64,000 bases of DNA, from assembly GCA_965218795.1 (NCBI GenBank), contig OZ244653.1, positions 2,336,001 to 2,400,000 on the forward strand. The letters run 5' to 3'. The stretch is from a bacterium. GTDB taxonomy: Bacteria; UBA8248; JACPRG01; G963555815. Below are positions 20,944-31,406 of the stretch, in pieces (position 1 is the stretch's first letter; each line of letters opens with the position of its first letter). The notes under the pieces are model-generated. The model ran no database searches. It saw nothing but the letters and a program-made list of their open reading frames with translations, and was not told where the DNA came from. Made by a program: the position numbers and the translations under genes.

Positions 20944-22167
20944 ATGAACAACATATTGGCCGGTCTGCGAATTGTGGAGGGTTCCGCGTTTATCGCGGCC
21001 CCTTCCGCCGGGATGACACTGGCTCAATTGGGGGCCGACGTGATCCGCTTCGACACCATCGGGGGCGGCATCGATTATCGGCGTTGGCCGGTGACCCAAG
21101 AGGGAAAAAGTCTCTATTGGGCCGGTTTGAACAAGGGCAAGCGGTCCATTGCCGTCGATTTTCGAGAGCCCGAAGGCCGGGAACTCTTGACCGAGCTCAT
21201 CACAAGACCCGGCCGGGACGGCGGTATCTTCTTGACCAACTTTCCAATGACGGGCTGGCTGGCCTACGAATCGTTGAAGCGGAGACGGGAAGACCTCATC
21301 ATGCTCGCCATTACGGGGAATCCGGACGGTACTTCCGAGGTGGACTACACAGTCAACTGCGCCACGGGTCTGCCTATGATTACGGGTCCGGAAGAAGGCG
21401 GCGGACCGGTCAATCAGGTCCTGCCCGCATGGGATCTAATCACAGGGCTGACCGCGGCCACGGGCCTTTTGGCTGCCGAGCGTCACCGCCGGGAAACCGG
21501 AGAGGGACAACAGATCAAGCTCGCGCTCTCAGACGTCGCCTTCGCCGCCATGGGCCACCTTGGTTTCATTGGGGAGTTTCAGGTCAATGGGGAGGAACGA
21601 CGCGGTTCCGGAAATGACCTGTATGGAGCATTCGGCCGGGACTTCCCCACGAAGGACGGTCACCAGGTGATGATTGTGGCGGTGACCCGGCGTCAGTGGA
21701 GGACGCTGGTCAAGGTCACCGGCCTCGAGGATGTGATCCGGGGTATCGAAGCGGAACATGGACTTGACTTCGATGAAGAAGGAGACCGCTTCCAGGCCCG
21801 GAAGGATCTGAATCGAGTCATCGGGAAATGGTGCGTGGAGCGTTCTTTGTCCGACATACAGTCGGACTTCGAGGATTCCGGCGTGTGCTGGGGCAACTAC
21901 CGAAGCGTTTCGGAGATGATCAGCAACGACAACCGGGTCTCTCCGATGAATCCCATGTTCGAAGAGGTCGATCATCCGGGCATCGGGCGGTTCCTGGTGC
22001 CGGGATCCGCCCTTGACTTCGGAGCCGCGCCTCGCGAATCCGTCCGTCCTGCGCCGGTGCTGGGCGAGCACACCGATGAAATCCTGGCAGAGGATTTGGG
22101 ATTGAGTGCGGCGGAGATCGCCGGTCTCTACGAAAGGAGGATCGTCGCGGGACCCATCGACGATTGA
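20944..22167 (+). CDS. mct: Family III CoA transferase, mesaconyl-CoA C1-C4 CoA transferase (2-methylfumaryl-CoA isomerase)-like
   Basis: LRIVEGSAFIAAP..MTLAQLGADVIRFD.IGGG.DY.RWP, SLYWAGLNKGKRS, EVDYTVN, VLPAWD, LYGAFGRDF, EEGDRF closely match the Chloroflexus Mct sequence as I recall it. Confidence 0.8.
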   Translation: MNNILAGLRIVEGSAFIAAPSAGMTLAQLGADVIRFDTIGGGIDYRRWPVTQEGKSLYWAGLNKGKRSIAVDFREPEGRELLTELITRPGRDGGIFLTNFPMTGWLAYESLKRRREDLIMLAITGNPDGTSEVDYTVNCATGLPMITGPEEGGGPVNQVLPAWDLITGLTAATGLLAAERHRRETGEGQQIKLALSDVAFAAMGHLGFIGEFQVNGEERRGSGNDLYGAFGRDFPTKDGHQVMIVAVTRRQWRTLVKVTGLEDVIRGIEAEHGLDFDEEGDRFQARKDLNRVIGKWCVERSLSDIQSDFEDSGVCWGNYRSVSEMISNDNRVSPMNPMFEEVDHPGIGRFLVPGSALDFGAAPRESVRPAPVLGEHTDEILAEDLGLSAAEIAGLYERRIVAGPIDD

Positions 22168-22241
22168 TGTCCCGAGGGCGCCCGCCGTCGATAACGGCTC
22201 CGCTTTTTGATTTGCGGCAATCGATGCAGGAGGATGGCGAC

Positions 22242-22445
22242 ATGCCGGTGATCATCGTGAAGGCCCGGGAAGGCGTTCTTGAAGGCCGTGAGGTGAAGGG
22301 CCAGCTGATCGAAGACTTGGCTTCCGCGTTTGCGAAAGCCGCGCAGGATGAGACCTATCGAAGCAGGGTGACGGTCGTGATTGACGAGGTTCCCGATGAG
22401 AATTGGGGGCGGGCGGGAAAACAGGTCCAGCCGGACGGCGCCTAG
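22242..22445 (+). CDS. 4-oxalocrotonate tautomerase family protein
   Basis: Met-Pro start (catalytic Pro1), about 67 aa, VVIDEVPDENWGRAG. Confidence 0.85.
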   Translation: MPVIIVKAREGVLEGREVKGQLIEDLASAFAKAAQDETYRSRVTVVIDEVPDENWGRAGKQVQPDGA

Positions 22446-22524
22446 CGCGGCGTCTTCCATTCGATGTAGCGCCTTTCCTCAAAGCAGCCCTGGATGAGTC
22501 AGAAGGCCCCCCACGGCTGAACCA

Positions 22525-23553
22525 TCATCCGGGGATGGGGAACCGCTCCCGCCAGCGCGGAAGCGCGTCGGGATTCTTCAGGTAGCGGGGGACCTCGCCC
22601 CCGAGGGCGGACAGCAGGTTTTCCGCCGCGGCCCACACCATGCTGCGCCGCGCGCTCTCCGTTCGCCAAGCGAAATGCGGCGTCAGAAGGGCGGTGGGCA
22701 TGGACCGAAGGGGATGATCCATCGGCGGGGGCTCGTGGCGGAAGACATCCAATGCAGCCCCGGCGATCCACCCTTCGCGCAGGGCCCGAACCACGGCCTC
22801 CTCGTCGAGGAGCTCGCCCCGCGACGTGTTGACCAGATAGGCGGTCGGCTTCATGCGGCGAAGCGCTCGTTCACCGATGAGCCCGCGCGTTTCGTCGGTC
22901 GCCACGGCGTGGAGCGTGAGAACATCGGAGGATTCCAGCAGGGCGTCGAGATCGACCCGCTCGACGCCGGCTTCTCGAAAGACGTCCTCCGTAACGCAGG
23001 GGTCGTGCGCCTGGACCGATCCCGCCCATCCGGCGAGCCTGGCGGCGACGGCCCGGCCGATTCGCCCGAAACCGAGGATCCCCACGGTCAGCGCGCTCAG
23101 GTTGACGGGCATGAGGCCGGTCCCCCTCCAGCCTCCCCCCCGCATGAACTCCCGGGAGGCGTCCAGCTTCTTCACGAGGTTCAGCATGAGGGTGAGCGCG
23201 TACTCACAGACCGATTCCACGTTCTCGGGGACGGGGGTGTAGCCGACGAGGACACCGGCTTGGCTCGCCGCGTCCACGTCGATCTTCTCCGTCCCGATGC
23301 CGTACTTCGAGAGGATCCGGAGGCGCGGGCAGGACGCGAAAAGTTTTCCGGTATACCGCTCGCGGGAGGCGCCCATGACGGCGTCGGCGTCGCGGGCCAT
23401 CTCCACAAGCTGGTCTTCGTCGTAGCAGGGACGGGTGGTTTCCCAGTTGGGGACTCCCAGGACCAGTTCGCACCCGGCTTCCTCGAGGGCGCGGTGGGTC
23501 TCCAGCGTGGTGTCCCAGGGCTCGTTGATGACGACCTTCCACGGTTTGGGCAA
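22525..23553 (-). CDS. D-isomer-specific 2-hydroxyacid dehydrogenase
   Basis: GILGFGRIG, LVNTSRG, AALDVFRHEP, LTPH. Confidence 0.92.
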   Translation of the reverse strand: MPKPWKVVINEPWDTTLETHRALEEAGCELVLGVPNWETTRPCYDEDQLVEMARDADAVMGASRERYTGKLFASCPRLRILSKYGIGTEKIDVDAASQAGVLVGYTPVPENVESVCEYALTLMLNLVKKLDASREFMRGGGWRGTGLMPVNLSALTVGILGFGRIGRAVAARLAGWAGSVQAHDPCVTEDVFREAGVERVDLDALLESSDVLTLHAVATDETRGLIGERALRRMKPTAYLVNTSRGELLDEEAVVRALREGWIAGAALDVFRHEPPPMDHPLRSMPTALLTPHFAWRTESARRSMVWAAAENLLSALGGEVPRYLKNPDALPRWRERFPIPG

Positions 23554-23616
23554 TCCCGATCCACTCCTGAAAAGATGTGAGAACCGACGATCAGATGGTC
23601 ATTATCGTTAAAAAAG

Positions 23617-23790
23617 TGTATGACCAGGCTTCATTCCTCACAGGTTGGATAAACTTCCTGACCGTGTCGATGGGTCGGCTGTCCATGTTGCGACAGCCCT
23701 GATGAGGACGCTCGGTGTTGTAGAACTCGACGAGGCGTCTTGGCGAGGCGTCTTGGCGAGGCGTCTTCAGGTACGTGTGCAGGGCCTTTT
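23617..23790 (-). mobile_element. IS481-like transposase 3' remnant with terminal ...TACA; contains a 13-bp tandem repeat (x2.8, 23731-23767)
   Basis: Minus strand reads EFYNTERPHQGCRNM..RPIDTV, typical of the IS481-family C-terminus. Confidence 0.6.
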
Positions 23791-24442
23791 CTCACAACCC
23801 GTCCTCTGGTGCCTGGATTCCTGCTGGAGCCTGTCCTCGAAGGCTTTTATCGGGGGCAGGAATCCAGGGAGGGGGTCAGCGGGCAGGCTGCCACAGGAAG
23901 CCGGGGGCCGGGCCCCTGCTGAATACATGCAGGGGCAGGCCCCATACGTTACCCGGTTCGCGCGTCAACTCCAGAACGCTCAGTCGATGCTCGGCCGGCT
24001 CGCCGCCGCGCGCTTCCCATTACCTCTCACCTTCGACAACCTCCTTATCAGTATGAAATGGCACGGAAAGAAGGTTAAGCGGACACATGATTCAAGTAAA
24101 TATGGACCCGATATCAACGAAAGTCAAACGAAAATATATTGTTCAAATCGATCCGGGTTTCCAGACGGGACGGAGAGGCAATCGGCTGAAGCCTTTTTCA
24201 AAAGAAAGGGCCGGCGCGGAGACCCGCCCGTGCAATCAACCGACGTCTCCGGGCCGTAGGGGAAGGCCCCCGCCCCCTTCCGTCTGAACGAACGGGTATC
24301 CCCTCCTGCGTTCCGTAGAAGGGTTAAGGGAAACGACTCGACCAGGGGCGATTCGGAAGCCTCGGAGCAACGGAATGATCAGATGGTATCGGGGGCGGGG
24401 CACAGCACCCGCTCTATTGTTTGAAAGTATTAAGTACCGTTA

Positions 24443-25560
24443 TCATTCCGGCCCTTCCGCATATTCGTCGAGAACCGTATCAGAGAGATGAGCCAAATGC
24501 GGTTGTCCAGATAGTTCTTTCAGGCTGACGTAGGAAATGTAGGTGCAACTCTCAGCCAATGGGCCGCGGTCGAGCAGAGAAAAGACGGGCCGGCGAATTT
24601 CCGTAAAAACCTTATCCCTTCGCTCGTAGGGGGCAACGATGTGGAGCTTTATGTCCATATTCGGCTGCAAGGCCAAGAGATCGGCCATTCTCAAGATTCC
24701 CGAGTAAATGGAGGTCGTATGTTCAACCTCGAACGCTCGTGCGATTGCTCGTCCCTGTAGCCACAAAACATCGATTTGCTCGATCGTTTTAAGCGTTGTG
24801 TCGTCATAGTGTCGTCATAATTCAGGGGAAGGACCCCCAATAGGGGCGGATTGCCTTTGTCTACAAGGCCCTGGATTCGGTCCCGATCATTACGCGGCAC
24901 CCAAATCTTCATACCCATCTTGGAGCCGATATCGGCGATAAGCGCCTGGATTTTCAATGATTCCCTGATATCGTCACCACCATCGGGTTCTGGCTGGCTG
25001 GATTCGCTCTCAGTGGTTTCCTCCGGAACGGCCACGGAGACGACTCCACCCAATCGTTGCACACGATGGGTGACATGCTTCTGGTACTCACCCTCGTCTA
25101 TCTCATAGACTCTTCCGTTTTGGGCTCGCCGGCGTATCAATTCTTCCAGGAACCGACCGTCTGCCTCGTCCATCTGAACGAGGCTAGCTCGAATTTTTCC
25201 TGTCCAGGTTGACGACTTCTTATCATGTCCCTTTGTAAAAGAGAGAACGTCCCATATTTCATCTTCGTGAATGGGGATGGCTTTCTCGCGGTCCAGCCAC
25301 GCAATGGGCGTGACCATGAACCGAACAATGAACGGGTCGCCCTTATAGAAAAGAGGAGCGTCAACGTCGAACGGACCCTGTTCAACTTCCAATACCCCAA
25401 TCCACCTGGACAATCGTGTCATATAGCAAATGAAGCGATCACCAGGGTGAATCTTGCTTGCTGCAATTCTCTGGCGGGGACGAAACCCAGAGATACGGCG
25501 ATCGGACTGGGAGAAGGCTTCGTAGGTTTCCGGTGAAAATAGGTTGAGAAAATAGGTCAT
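24443..25560 (-). pseudogene. EVE-domain + PD-(D/E)XK nuclease fusion, frameshifted by an 11-bp duplication at 24798-24819
   Basis: N-terminal EVE-like YFLNLFSPETY..IHPGDRFICY; removing one repeat copy gives a continuous ..NYDDTTLKTIEQIDVLWL..AFEVEHTTSIYSGILRMADL. Confidence 0.8.
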
Positions 25561-25728
25561 TGCCTCTCTCTTAATTTTATGACTTGCTTAGATGGTCTTC
25601 TTTATTATACCAGCCATGTTCGGATTGCGGGTAGTTAGCAGCCATTCGGTTTGAGACGAGTGGTCCCGCTATGAGCTCCCGCCCCTGGGCGAGGTGAAGC
25701 TGCTCAAAGGGTTGGGAGAATAGGGTTT

Positions 25729-26195
25729 TTACAATGTCCGGGCTGGATTCTCCGAGTCTTCGGTCCAGCGTGCCGGGTTGTCCATGATGTATCGGCGGAC
25801 ACGATTCAGAGCGGCCTCGTTGCGGATGATACGTTCATGATCATTGCGTTGCCACACCGGCGCGCCGGGGGTGCGGCGTAATCCGTTGATTCGTTTGGAC
25901 ACGGCGGATTTGCATGAACCGACGACCGCACCGATGGAACGTTTCGGCGGGCCGGGTGGACGATGCAGGCGCCCATTTCCACCTGAGAAAAATGGGTGGA
26001 GATTTTCTCCCACATCATTTGCGCTGCCCTCCCGATATTGTTCAACCGCATCCCCCCGTTCACGATTTCGCCGAACAGGCACATCCGGCTCCGGACGCAG
26101 ATGGTCACGAAATACGCGCCCGCCCGCGAATAATCGTAACCGCGCAGCCGGAGCGAACGACGCTGGTGTTTATCGGAGTCATGGCGTGCGATCAT
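25729..26195 (-). mobile_element. REP-associated tyrosine transposase (RAYT, IS200-like) pseudogene with an internal deletion
   Basis: RRSLRLRGYDYS..GAYFVTIC, VWQRN.HERIIRNE..RRYIMDNPARW; HUH motif absent at the frameshift. Confidence 0.85.
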
Positions 26196-26388
26196 GGCCC
26201 TTTTGTCCTGCCCTGTAGAACTTCATCTCCGTTGTGATAGCGGGACAAAAGGCGGCATGGCCGGCCTGCAAGGCAGCGAGCGTGACGCGCTGTATCGGAG
26301 GGAGAGGGGAACATGCAAACTGAACCACTACCGAGCATTGAGGATGGTTTTTATATCGAAATAATGGGCCTCGACAAAGCCGCTCGCA

Positions 26389-26420
26389 CCCCCGGGCGGG
26401 GATTTCTCCCCGCCCGGGGG
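26389..26420 (-). terminator. GC-rich 14-bp stem hairpin downstream of the binding-protein gene
   Basis: CCCCCGGGCGGGGA-TTTC-TCCCCGCCCGGGGG; U-tract weak. Confidence 0.55.
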
Positions 26421-26450
26421 CGGCGCACCTGTCCGAATTGCTTCAGACCC

Positions 26451-27557
26451 CTATGACGACGGCAGGAATCTCTTGCTCCGATCGCGGACCTTTTTCCATT
26501 GATCGGGCGTAAGCTTCTCCCCTCCGATGAACTGATTGGTGTAGATGCCGTCGATGTCCTTGATGGGGGCCGCGCCCATATACTTCACGACCCGGTCCAC
26601 GCTGTCCTTCACCAGAGACCGTTCCATCCAGCCGATCCCGTTCTTTTCCACATACGGTGATACGCTGATGGCCGAAGCCACGCCCAGGCCGGCTGTAATG
26701 ATCTTTCGGGACATCTTTCCCTTTCCGTAAATGGGCAGTTCCTCCATGGTGATGGCGATGGACTCTTCGGGCTTGAGGAAGCTGTGCGCGATGCCTTTCA
26801 AAGCCCCCTGCACGAATTTCCGGTAGAGCTCCGGGTCTTTCTTGAGACGCTCGGGCTGGGCGATGAAGACCTGGTCCAGCATATCGAGCCCGTGGTCCGC
26901 GTAGAAGATGAAGTCGAAGTTGATCCCACGGGCGATGAGACCGGGGGCAAAGGAGACGATATACGTGGAGACCGCATCGACCTTGCCCGCCAGAATGGAA
27001 GCATGGTAGGCGGCCGGTGAGACCAGCTGCCATTTGACTTTTTTCCCGTCGAATCCGGCCGAGCGGGCAAAGGCGGGGAACAAGGTGTAGCTCCCGCTCC
27101 CGGCCGAGGACGCCAGCGTCATCCCTTCCAGGTCTTTGGGCGTCTTGAGCTTGCGCTCTCTCAAGGTCGCCACGCCCATGGGCGACTTCTGATACCGGGC
27201 GCCCATCGCGATCAGAGACCCGCCCTTGGAGATGACCAGGGCCGCGGGGCCGAAGCTGGCCTCCCCCACGTCGAACTGTCCGGTCGCGATATCCGAGGAG
27301 GTCTTGCTGGAGCCGAATCCCCGGTGAATCTTCACGTCCAGCCCAAGCTTGCGCCAGAACCCCAGCTTCTTGGCCACGAGGGCGTAGCAGTACTGGCCGG
27401 ACGGAATCCAGGCCAGGCGGAAGGTGACCTCCCGCATCTTTTCAGCCCCCGCGTTCTGGATGAAGGCGGGCGCGGTCAGAAGGCCCGCAACGACCGCCGC
27501 GCACGTAAGAAACTTCCTCCATGTGACGGACTTCCCGAATGGGATCCTCCATGTCAT
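26451..27557 (-). CDS. ABC transporter substrate-binding protein, NMT1/THI5 family
   Basis: Signal peptide, FRLAW, LGLDVKIHRGFGS, PKDLEG, YTNQF. Confidence 0.85.
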   Translation of the reverse strand: MTWRIPFGKSVTWRKFLTCAAVVAGLLTAPAFIQNAGAEKMREVTFRLAWIPSGQYCYALVAKKLGFWRKLGLDVKIHRGFGSSKTSSDIATGQFDVGEASFGPAALVISKGGSLIAMGARYQKSPMGVATLRERKLKTPKDLEGMTLASSAGSGSYTLFPAFARSAGFDGKKVKWQLVSPAAYHASILAGKVDAVSTYIVSFAPGLIARGINFDFIFYADHGLDMLDQVFIAQPERLKKDPELYRKFVQGALKGIAHSFLKPEESIAITMEELPIYGKGKMSRKIITAGLGVASAISVSPYVEKNGIGWMERSLVKDSVDRVVKYMGAAPIKDIDGIYTNQFIGGEKLTPDQWKKVRDRSKRFLPSS

Positions 27558-27582
27558 TGTATGCTTCCTCCTTTGTTCCGGT

Positions 27583-28896
27583 TTACGATGCGACACCGCA
27601 CCAGCGCATCAGGATCAGGGCCGCCATTTGGATGGTCTGGTGGTAGGAGTCGAGATCCACCCACTCGTTCGGGGCGTGGCCCCCCGCCCCTTTCGGACCG
27701 ATATTGACCGTGGGCATGTTCCCGTACAGGACGGTCACGCGGGTGTCGCTGCCCACGGGATTCGCGGCGATGACCGGACTTCTCCCCAGGACTTCCGTCA
27801 TGCACTGATTGACTTCCGTGAGGAAGGGCTCGTCCAGGGCCATCGAAGAAGGTGAAAATCGCAGGGGAAGCCACTCCAGTTCCGGGGGATGCTCTTTGAG
27901 GAAGGGATCCGCTTCTCCGGCGCCCCGGATCGTTTCCGAGACGGCCGCCCGGACGGCCTCCTCCTTCTCGGTGTGAGGATAGGTCAGGATGCATTCAAGC
28001 GTACATTGGCCGGGCACCTGATAGATCCAGTCTCCGCCCTGAATCTTCGAGATGCACAAGGTCGTGGCCCGCGTCGGAAGGCCGCTGGTCGCAAAGGCGC
28101 GCTCGGTCAGCTCATCCCGGACGTGAATCCCCCGGTGGTCATCCAGGTCCCGCAGGTGCTGGACCACTCTCATGGCCTTTTCAATGGCGTTCACGCCCGT
28201 GTGGGCCATCAGTCCGTGAACCGCCCGACCGCGAATCCGAACCCGAAAGGCGATGGCGCCGGATGAGGCAACCTGAACGAGATCGGGCTTGCCCCATCCG
28301 GGATGCGGATAAATGCAGCCGTCCGCCCGAACGCCCTTTTCGATGCACGCCAGGATTCCGCCGCTCCCGCCGATCTCCTCCTCGATGTTGCTCATCAGGA
28401 TGACGTCCCCGCTCAGCTTCACGCCGGCCTCGATCAGAGTCTCTGTGGCGAGGATGACGGCGGCGAGACCGGATTTCATATCCTGCGTTCCCCGGCCGTA
28501 CATTTTTCCGTCTGCGATATCGCCGCCGAACGGGTCGAGCTTCCAGTCCTCCCGCGGTCCTTCCGGCACGGTGTCGATGTGCCCGAAGAGAAGGAGCGAG
28601 CGGCCCCCGCCTCCTCCTTTGAGCGTGCCGATGATGTTGGGCCTTTCCTGGTAATCGCCGAACTCCTCCATGGGGGGCAAATATTCCGGATGACCCTGAA
28701 GGGCATTCAGATCCGGGATGAACTCTTCCACCTCCAGGCCCATCTCTCTGAATTTCCGCACCAGTTCCATCTGGCCGGGACCCTCCATCCCCGTGTGGCT
28801 CTTGATTCGGATCAGGCCGCGCAGGTACTCCTCATGGGCGGTTCGATTCTCTTCAACAACGGAGAGCACTTTTTGTTCGAGAGAGGTCAAAGTCAT
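27583..28896 (-). CDS. M20 ArgE/DapE-family deacylase
   Basis: LFGHIDTVP, GRGTQDMKSG, EEEIGG, GHAPNE. Confidence 0.9.
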   Translation of the reverse strand: MTLTSLEQKVLSVVEENRTAHEEYLRGLIRIKSHTGMEGPGQMELVRKFREMGLEVEEFIPDLNALQGHPEYLPPMEEFGDYQERPNIIGTLKGGGGGRSLLLFGHIDTVPEGPREDWKLDPFGGDIADGKMYGRGTQDMKSGLAAVILATETLIEAGVKLSGDVILMSNIEEEIGGSGGILACIEKGVRADGCIYPHPGWGKPDLVQVASSGAIAFRVRIRGRAVHGLMAHTGVNAIEKAMRVVQHLRDLDDHRGIHVRDELTERAFATSGLPTRATTLCISKIQGGDWIYQVPGQCTLECILTYPHTEKEEAVRAAVSETIRGAGEADPFLKEHPPELEWLPLRFSPSSMALDEPFLTEVNQCMTEVLGRSPVIAANPVGSDTRVTVLYGNMPTVNIGPKGAGGHAPNEWVDLDSYHQTIQMAALILMRWCGVAS

Positions 28897-29475
28897 CGAT
28901 TCATTTCCGATCAGGCAAAACTTGCGGATTAAGAGAGGCGCGTCTCCCCGCCCCCCAGGCCCAAACTCTATCGACGGATGACTGAAGGGTTGAGCTTTTC
29001 AGTCTACCACACGCATCAAGACGACATACAAAAAAATGGGCAACCCGATCTCGTAGAGGCTCCGCCTTGGTAGAGGCCCCGCCTTGATCGTTATCGGCGA
29101 TCTCCGGTCGTGCCGATCGGAGGCTGGATGGTCGAGCGATTCGAGGCTTCTTCCCCCTCAGTGATGATGGGCAATGGGGCCGACCCCAAGTCCGCCATGG
29201 GAGATCTTTCGCGAGAGCTGACTCCCGGCGGCCCTTCCTTACATATTCCCGGTCTTATAAGATGAGTTTGTTCCTGGAGCTTCATTGGAGCAACCGTAGG
29301 GGAATCTTGCGGAGCGGGCGAAGGACTGGAGCATCTCGTTATCGAGTCGGCCACGCTGCTGGAAACCGAGCTCCTGTTCGTCTCGATCTCGAATCTCGCG
29401 GCCGCGGGAGTGACGGTCTTTCTCCTCTTCTCCCGGATCGATTCCCGCTTCGCCTCATGGAAGGGATGAGCGAGC

Positions 29476-29501
29476 GGGCCGGTACGGAGCCCGGCCCCTA
29501 C
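29476..29501 (-). repeat. GTAG-type REP (GTAGGGGCCGGGCTCCGTACCGGCCC); related copies at 35159-35184 (+) and 24208-24233 (-, degenerate)
   Basis: 5' GTAG tetranucleotide followed by an imperfect palindrome; near-identical copies. Confidence 0.65.
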
Positions 29502-29589
29502 GTGATCATTGAACCAGATTCGATCTCAATGCAGGGGCGGGGCTCCAGCCCGTGGCTGTCCGCACCCGCCCTTCAACTGGAGGTTCGCC

Positions 29590-30957
29590 ATGAACAACGA
29601 TCTGAGGACCTACTGGCAGCGCCTGGAAGAAGAGCGGCCCGAGGAGGTTCTTCGCATTTCAGACCCCGTGCGGCCGGACTTCCTCCCGACGACCGTGGCG
29701 TGGCAAGCGGAGCGACTGGCCAACTCGCCCGCGGTATTCTTTGAAAACATCGAGGGGTTCGAACACCCCGTCATTTTCAATTTGTTCGGCACGCGGGAGC
29801 GCATCGCCCGGGTCGCCGGGGTGACCCCGGAGGCCTTCGGCGAGAAATGGCTGCAAGCGGAAGAAGCGCCGCTGGCGCCGGTTCCGGTTTCCTCCGGACC
29901 GGTGCAGGAGGTCGTCCTGGAAGGAAAGGAAGTGGACGTCACCCGCTTTCCTATCCTCCATCACTTCCCGCAGGACGCAGGCCGATACCTTTGCCTGGGC
30001 ATGTTCCTGTGCCGGGATCCGGACACGGGAATCGGCAATCTCTCCTATCACCGCATGCAGCTGAAAGGTCCCGACCGGTTCGGCCTCAGCCTGCATTCCC
30101 GAGGCCATCCATGGGACTTCTTCCGAAGACAAGAGGATAGAGGCGAATCTCTGGAGGTGGCCATCGTCCTGGGGGCCCATCCTGCACTCCACATTGCGGC
30201 TGGAGCGGAGATGGGAATGGATGTGGATGAGCTGGCGGTGGGAGGCGCGCTTCTGGGATCGGCCGTGGAAATGGTCCCTTGCAAGTCCATTGATCTCGCA
30301 GTTCCCGCCAATGCGGAAATCGTCCTGGAGGGGGAGATTCTTCCGCACGTCCGGGAACCTGAAGGGCCCTTCAACGAGTACACCGGCTACACCACCTCCC
30401 GCTCTACGGAGAATGTCTTCCAGGTCCGGACCATTACGCATAGACGGGACCCATGGTACCTGGACGTCATTCCGGGCTACTCCTCCGAGCACTTGCTCTT
30501 GAGCCGGGTATCGAAGGAGGCCCGTGTCTTCAAGCGCTTGAAGGAGGTGGTCCCAACCCTCAAGGCAATGAACTGCCCGAAATCGGGCACCCTCTTCCAC
30601 GCCTATATCTCATTGGAAAATACGTCCGAAGGGGTAGCGCGCCACGCTCTCCTGCTCCTGATGGGATTGGATCACTACATCAAATTCGCCGTCGCGGTGG
30701 ACGAGGACATCGATGTCTTCAACGAGGAGGAAGTTCTCTGGGCCATGGCGACCCGGATGCGGGCGGATCAAGATGTTTTCATCATTCCAGGAGATTTCAT
30801 GAACCACCTCGACCCCTCCTCGGTGGATGGGACCGTAGCCAAGATGGGCGTGGACGCCACGGCGCCCTTACATTGGGACGTGGAGCGCGTCAGAATCCCG
30901 GAGGAAATTCTCGCCGAAGCGAAAGAGTTCCTGGACCGGGCCGTTGGGAGGGGCTGA
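29590..30957 (+). CDS. UbiD-family (prFMN-dependent) decarboxylase
   Basis: DAGRY, NLSYHRMQ, VPANAEIVLEG, EGPFNEYTGY, VDEDID, WAMATR, LDPS, KMGVDAT. Confidence 0.92.
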   Translation: MNNDLRTYWQRLEEERPEEVLRISDPVRPDFLPTTVAWQAERLANSPAVFFENIEGFEHPVIFNLFGTRERIARVAGVTPEAFGEKWLQAEEAPLAPVPVSSGPVQEVVLEGKEVDVTRFPILHHFPQDAGRYLCLGMFLCRDPDTGIGNLSYHRMQLKGPDRFGLSLHSRGHPWDFFRRQEDRGESLEVAIVLGAHPALHIAAGAEMGMDVDELAVGGALLGSAVEMVPCKSIDLAVPANAEIVLEGEILPHVREPEGPFNEYTGYTTSRSTENVFQVRTITHRRDPWYLDVIPGYSSEHLLLSRVSKEARVFKRLKEVVPTLKAMNCPKSGTLFHAYISLENTSEGVARHALLLLMGLDHYIKFAVAVDEDIDVFNEEEVLWAMATRMRADQDVFIIPGDFMNHLDPSSVDGTVAKMGVDATAPLHWDVERVRIPEEILAEAKEFLDRAVGRG

Positions 30958-31189
30958 AACGCCGTCGCTTGTCAGGGAGGGCGCAATGCGTTCGTACTGA
31001 GCTTGGGTGATTTCCATCCGCAAAGGATAACATAACCCCACCCATTAGTGCTAACAGGCCCTGGTAGCTCTATAGCGGCTTCCTTGGATAGGAGTAAGCT
31101 GCCCGCTTTCTGTCCAGACACCTTACTGTCCGAATAGAAGATCGTGAAGCGGTAGAGACTCAGGGTTCTCTCCACTTTTACGTAGAAGT

Positions 31190-31265
31190 GCTCCCCATTA
31201 AGCAGTTCATCCCGCAGCTTCCCGATGAAGGATTCCACGTAGCCGTATTGAGCGGATTGCCTCAT
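31190..31265 (-). mobile_element. IS3-family integrase-core fragment
   Basis: GYVESFIGKLRDELLNGE motif, just past the tRNA-Leu 3' end. Confidence 0.65.
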
Positions 31266-31406
31266 CAACTCGATCAGTCGGATACCTCGTCCAATCCCGG
31301 GTGGAAGGGAACCTCCGCTTGGAAGGATCCTGAAGCCGGAAGCGGGAGACCTTCCGGCTCAACCGGAATTTTTTGAATGAAACCGGGCGAATCCGGTGAG
31401 AACACA

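Noticed and set aside
23731-23767. Short repeats as a possible CRISPR array
   Set aside because: The repeats are contiguous with no spacers, and no cas genes are in the window.
29091-29460. Ser/Pro-rich ORFs in the gap between the M20 and UbiD genes
   Set aside because: No motif or clear RBS; cannot be told apart from chance ORFs.
23600-31406. A single tRNA-Leu(CAA)-anchored island with an att duplication
   Set aside because: I found no second copy of the tRNA 3' end, and host-like genes are interspersed.
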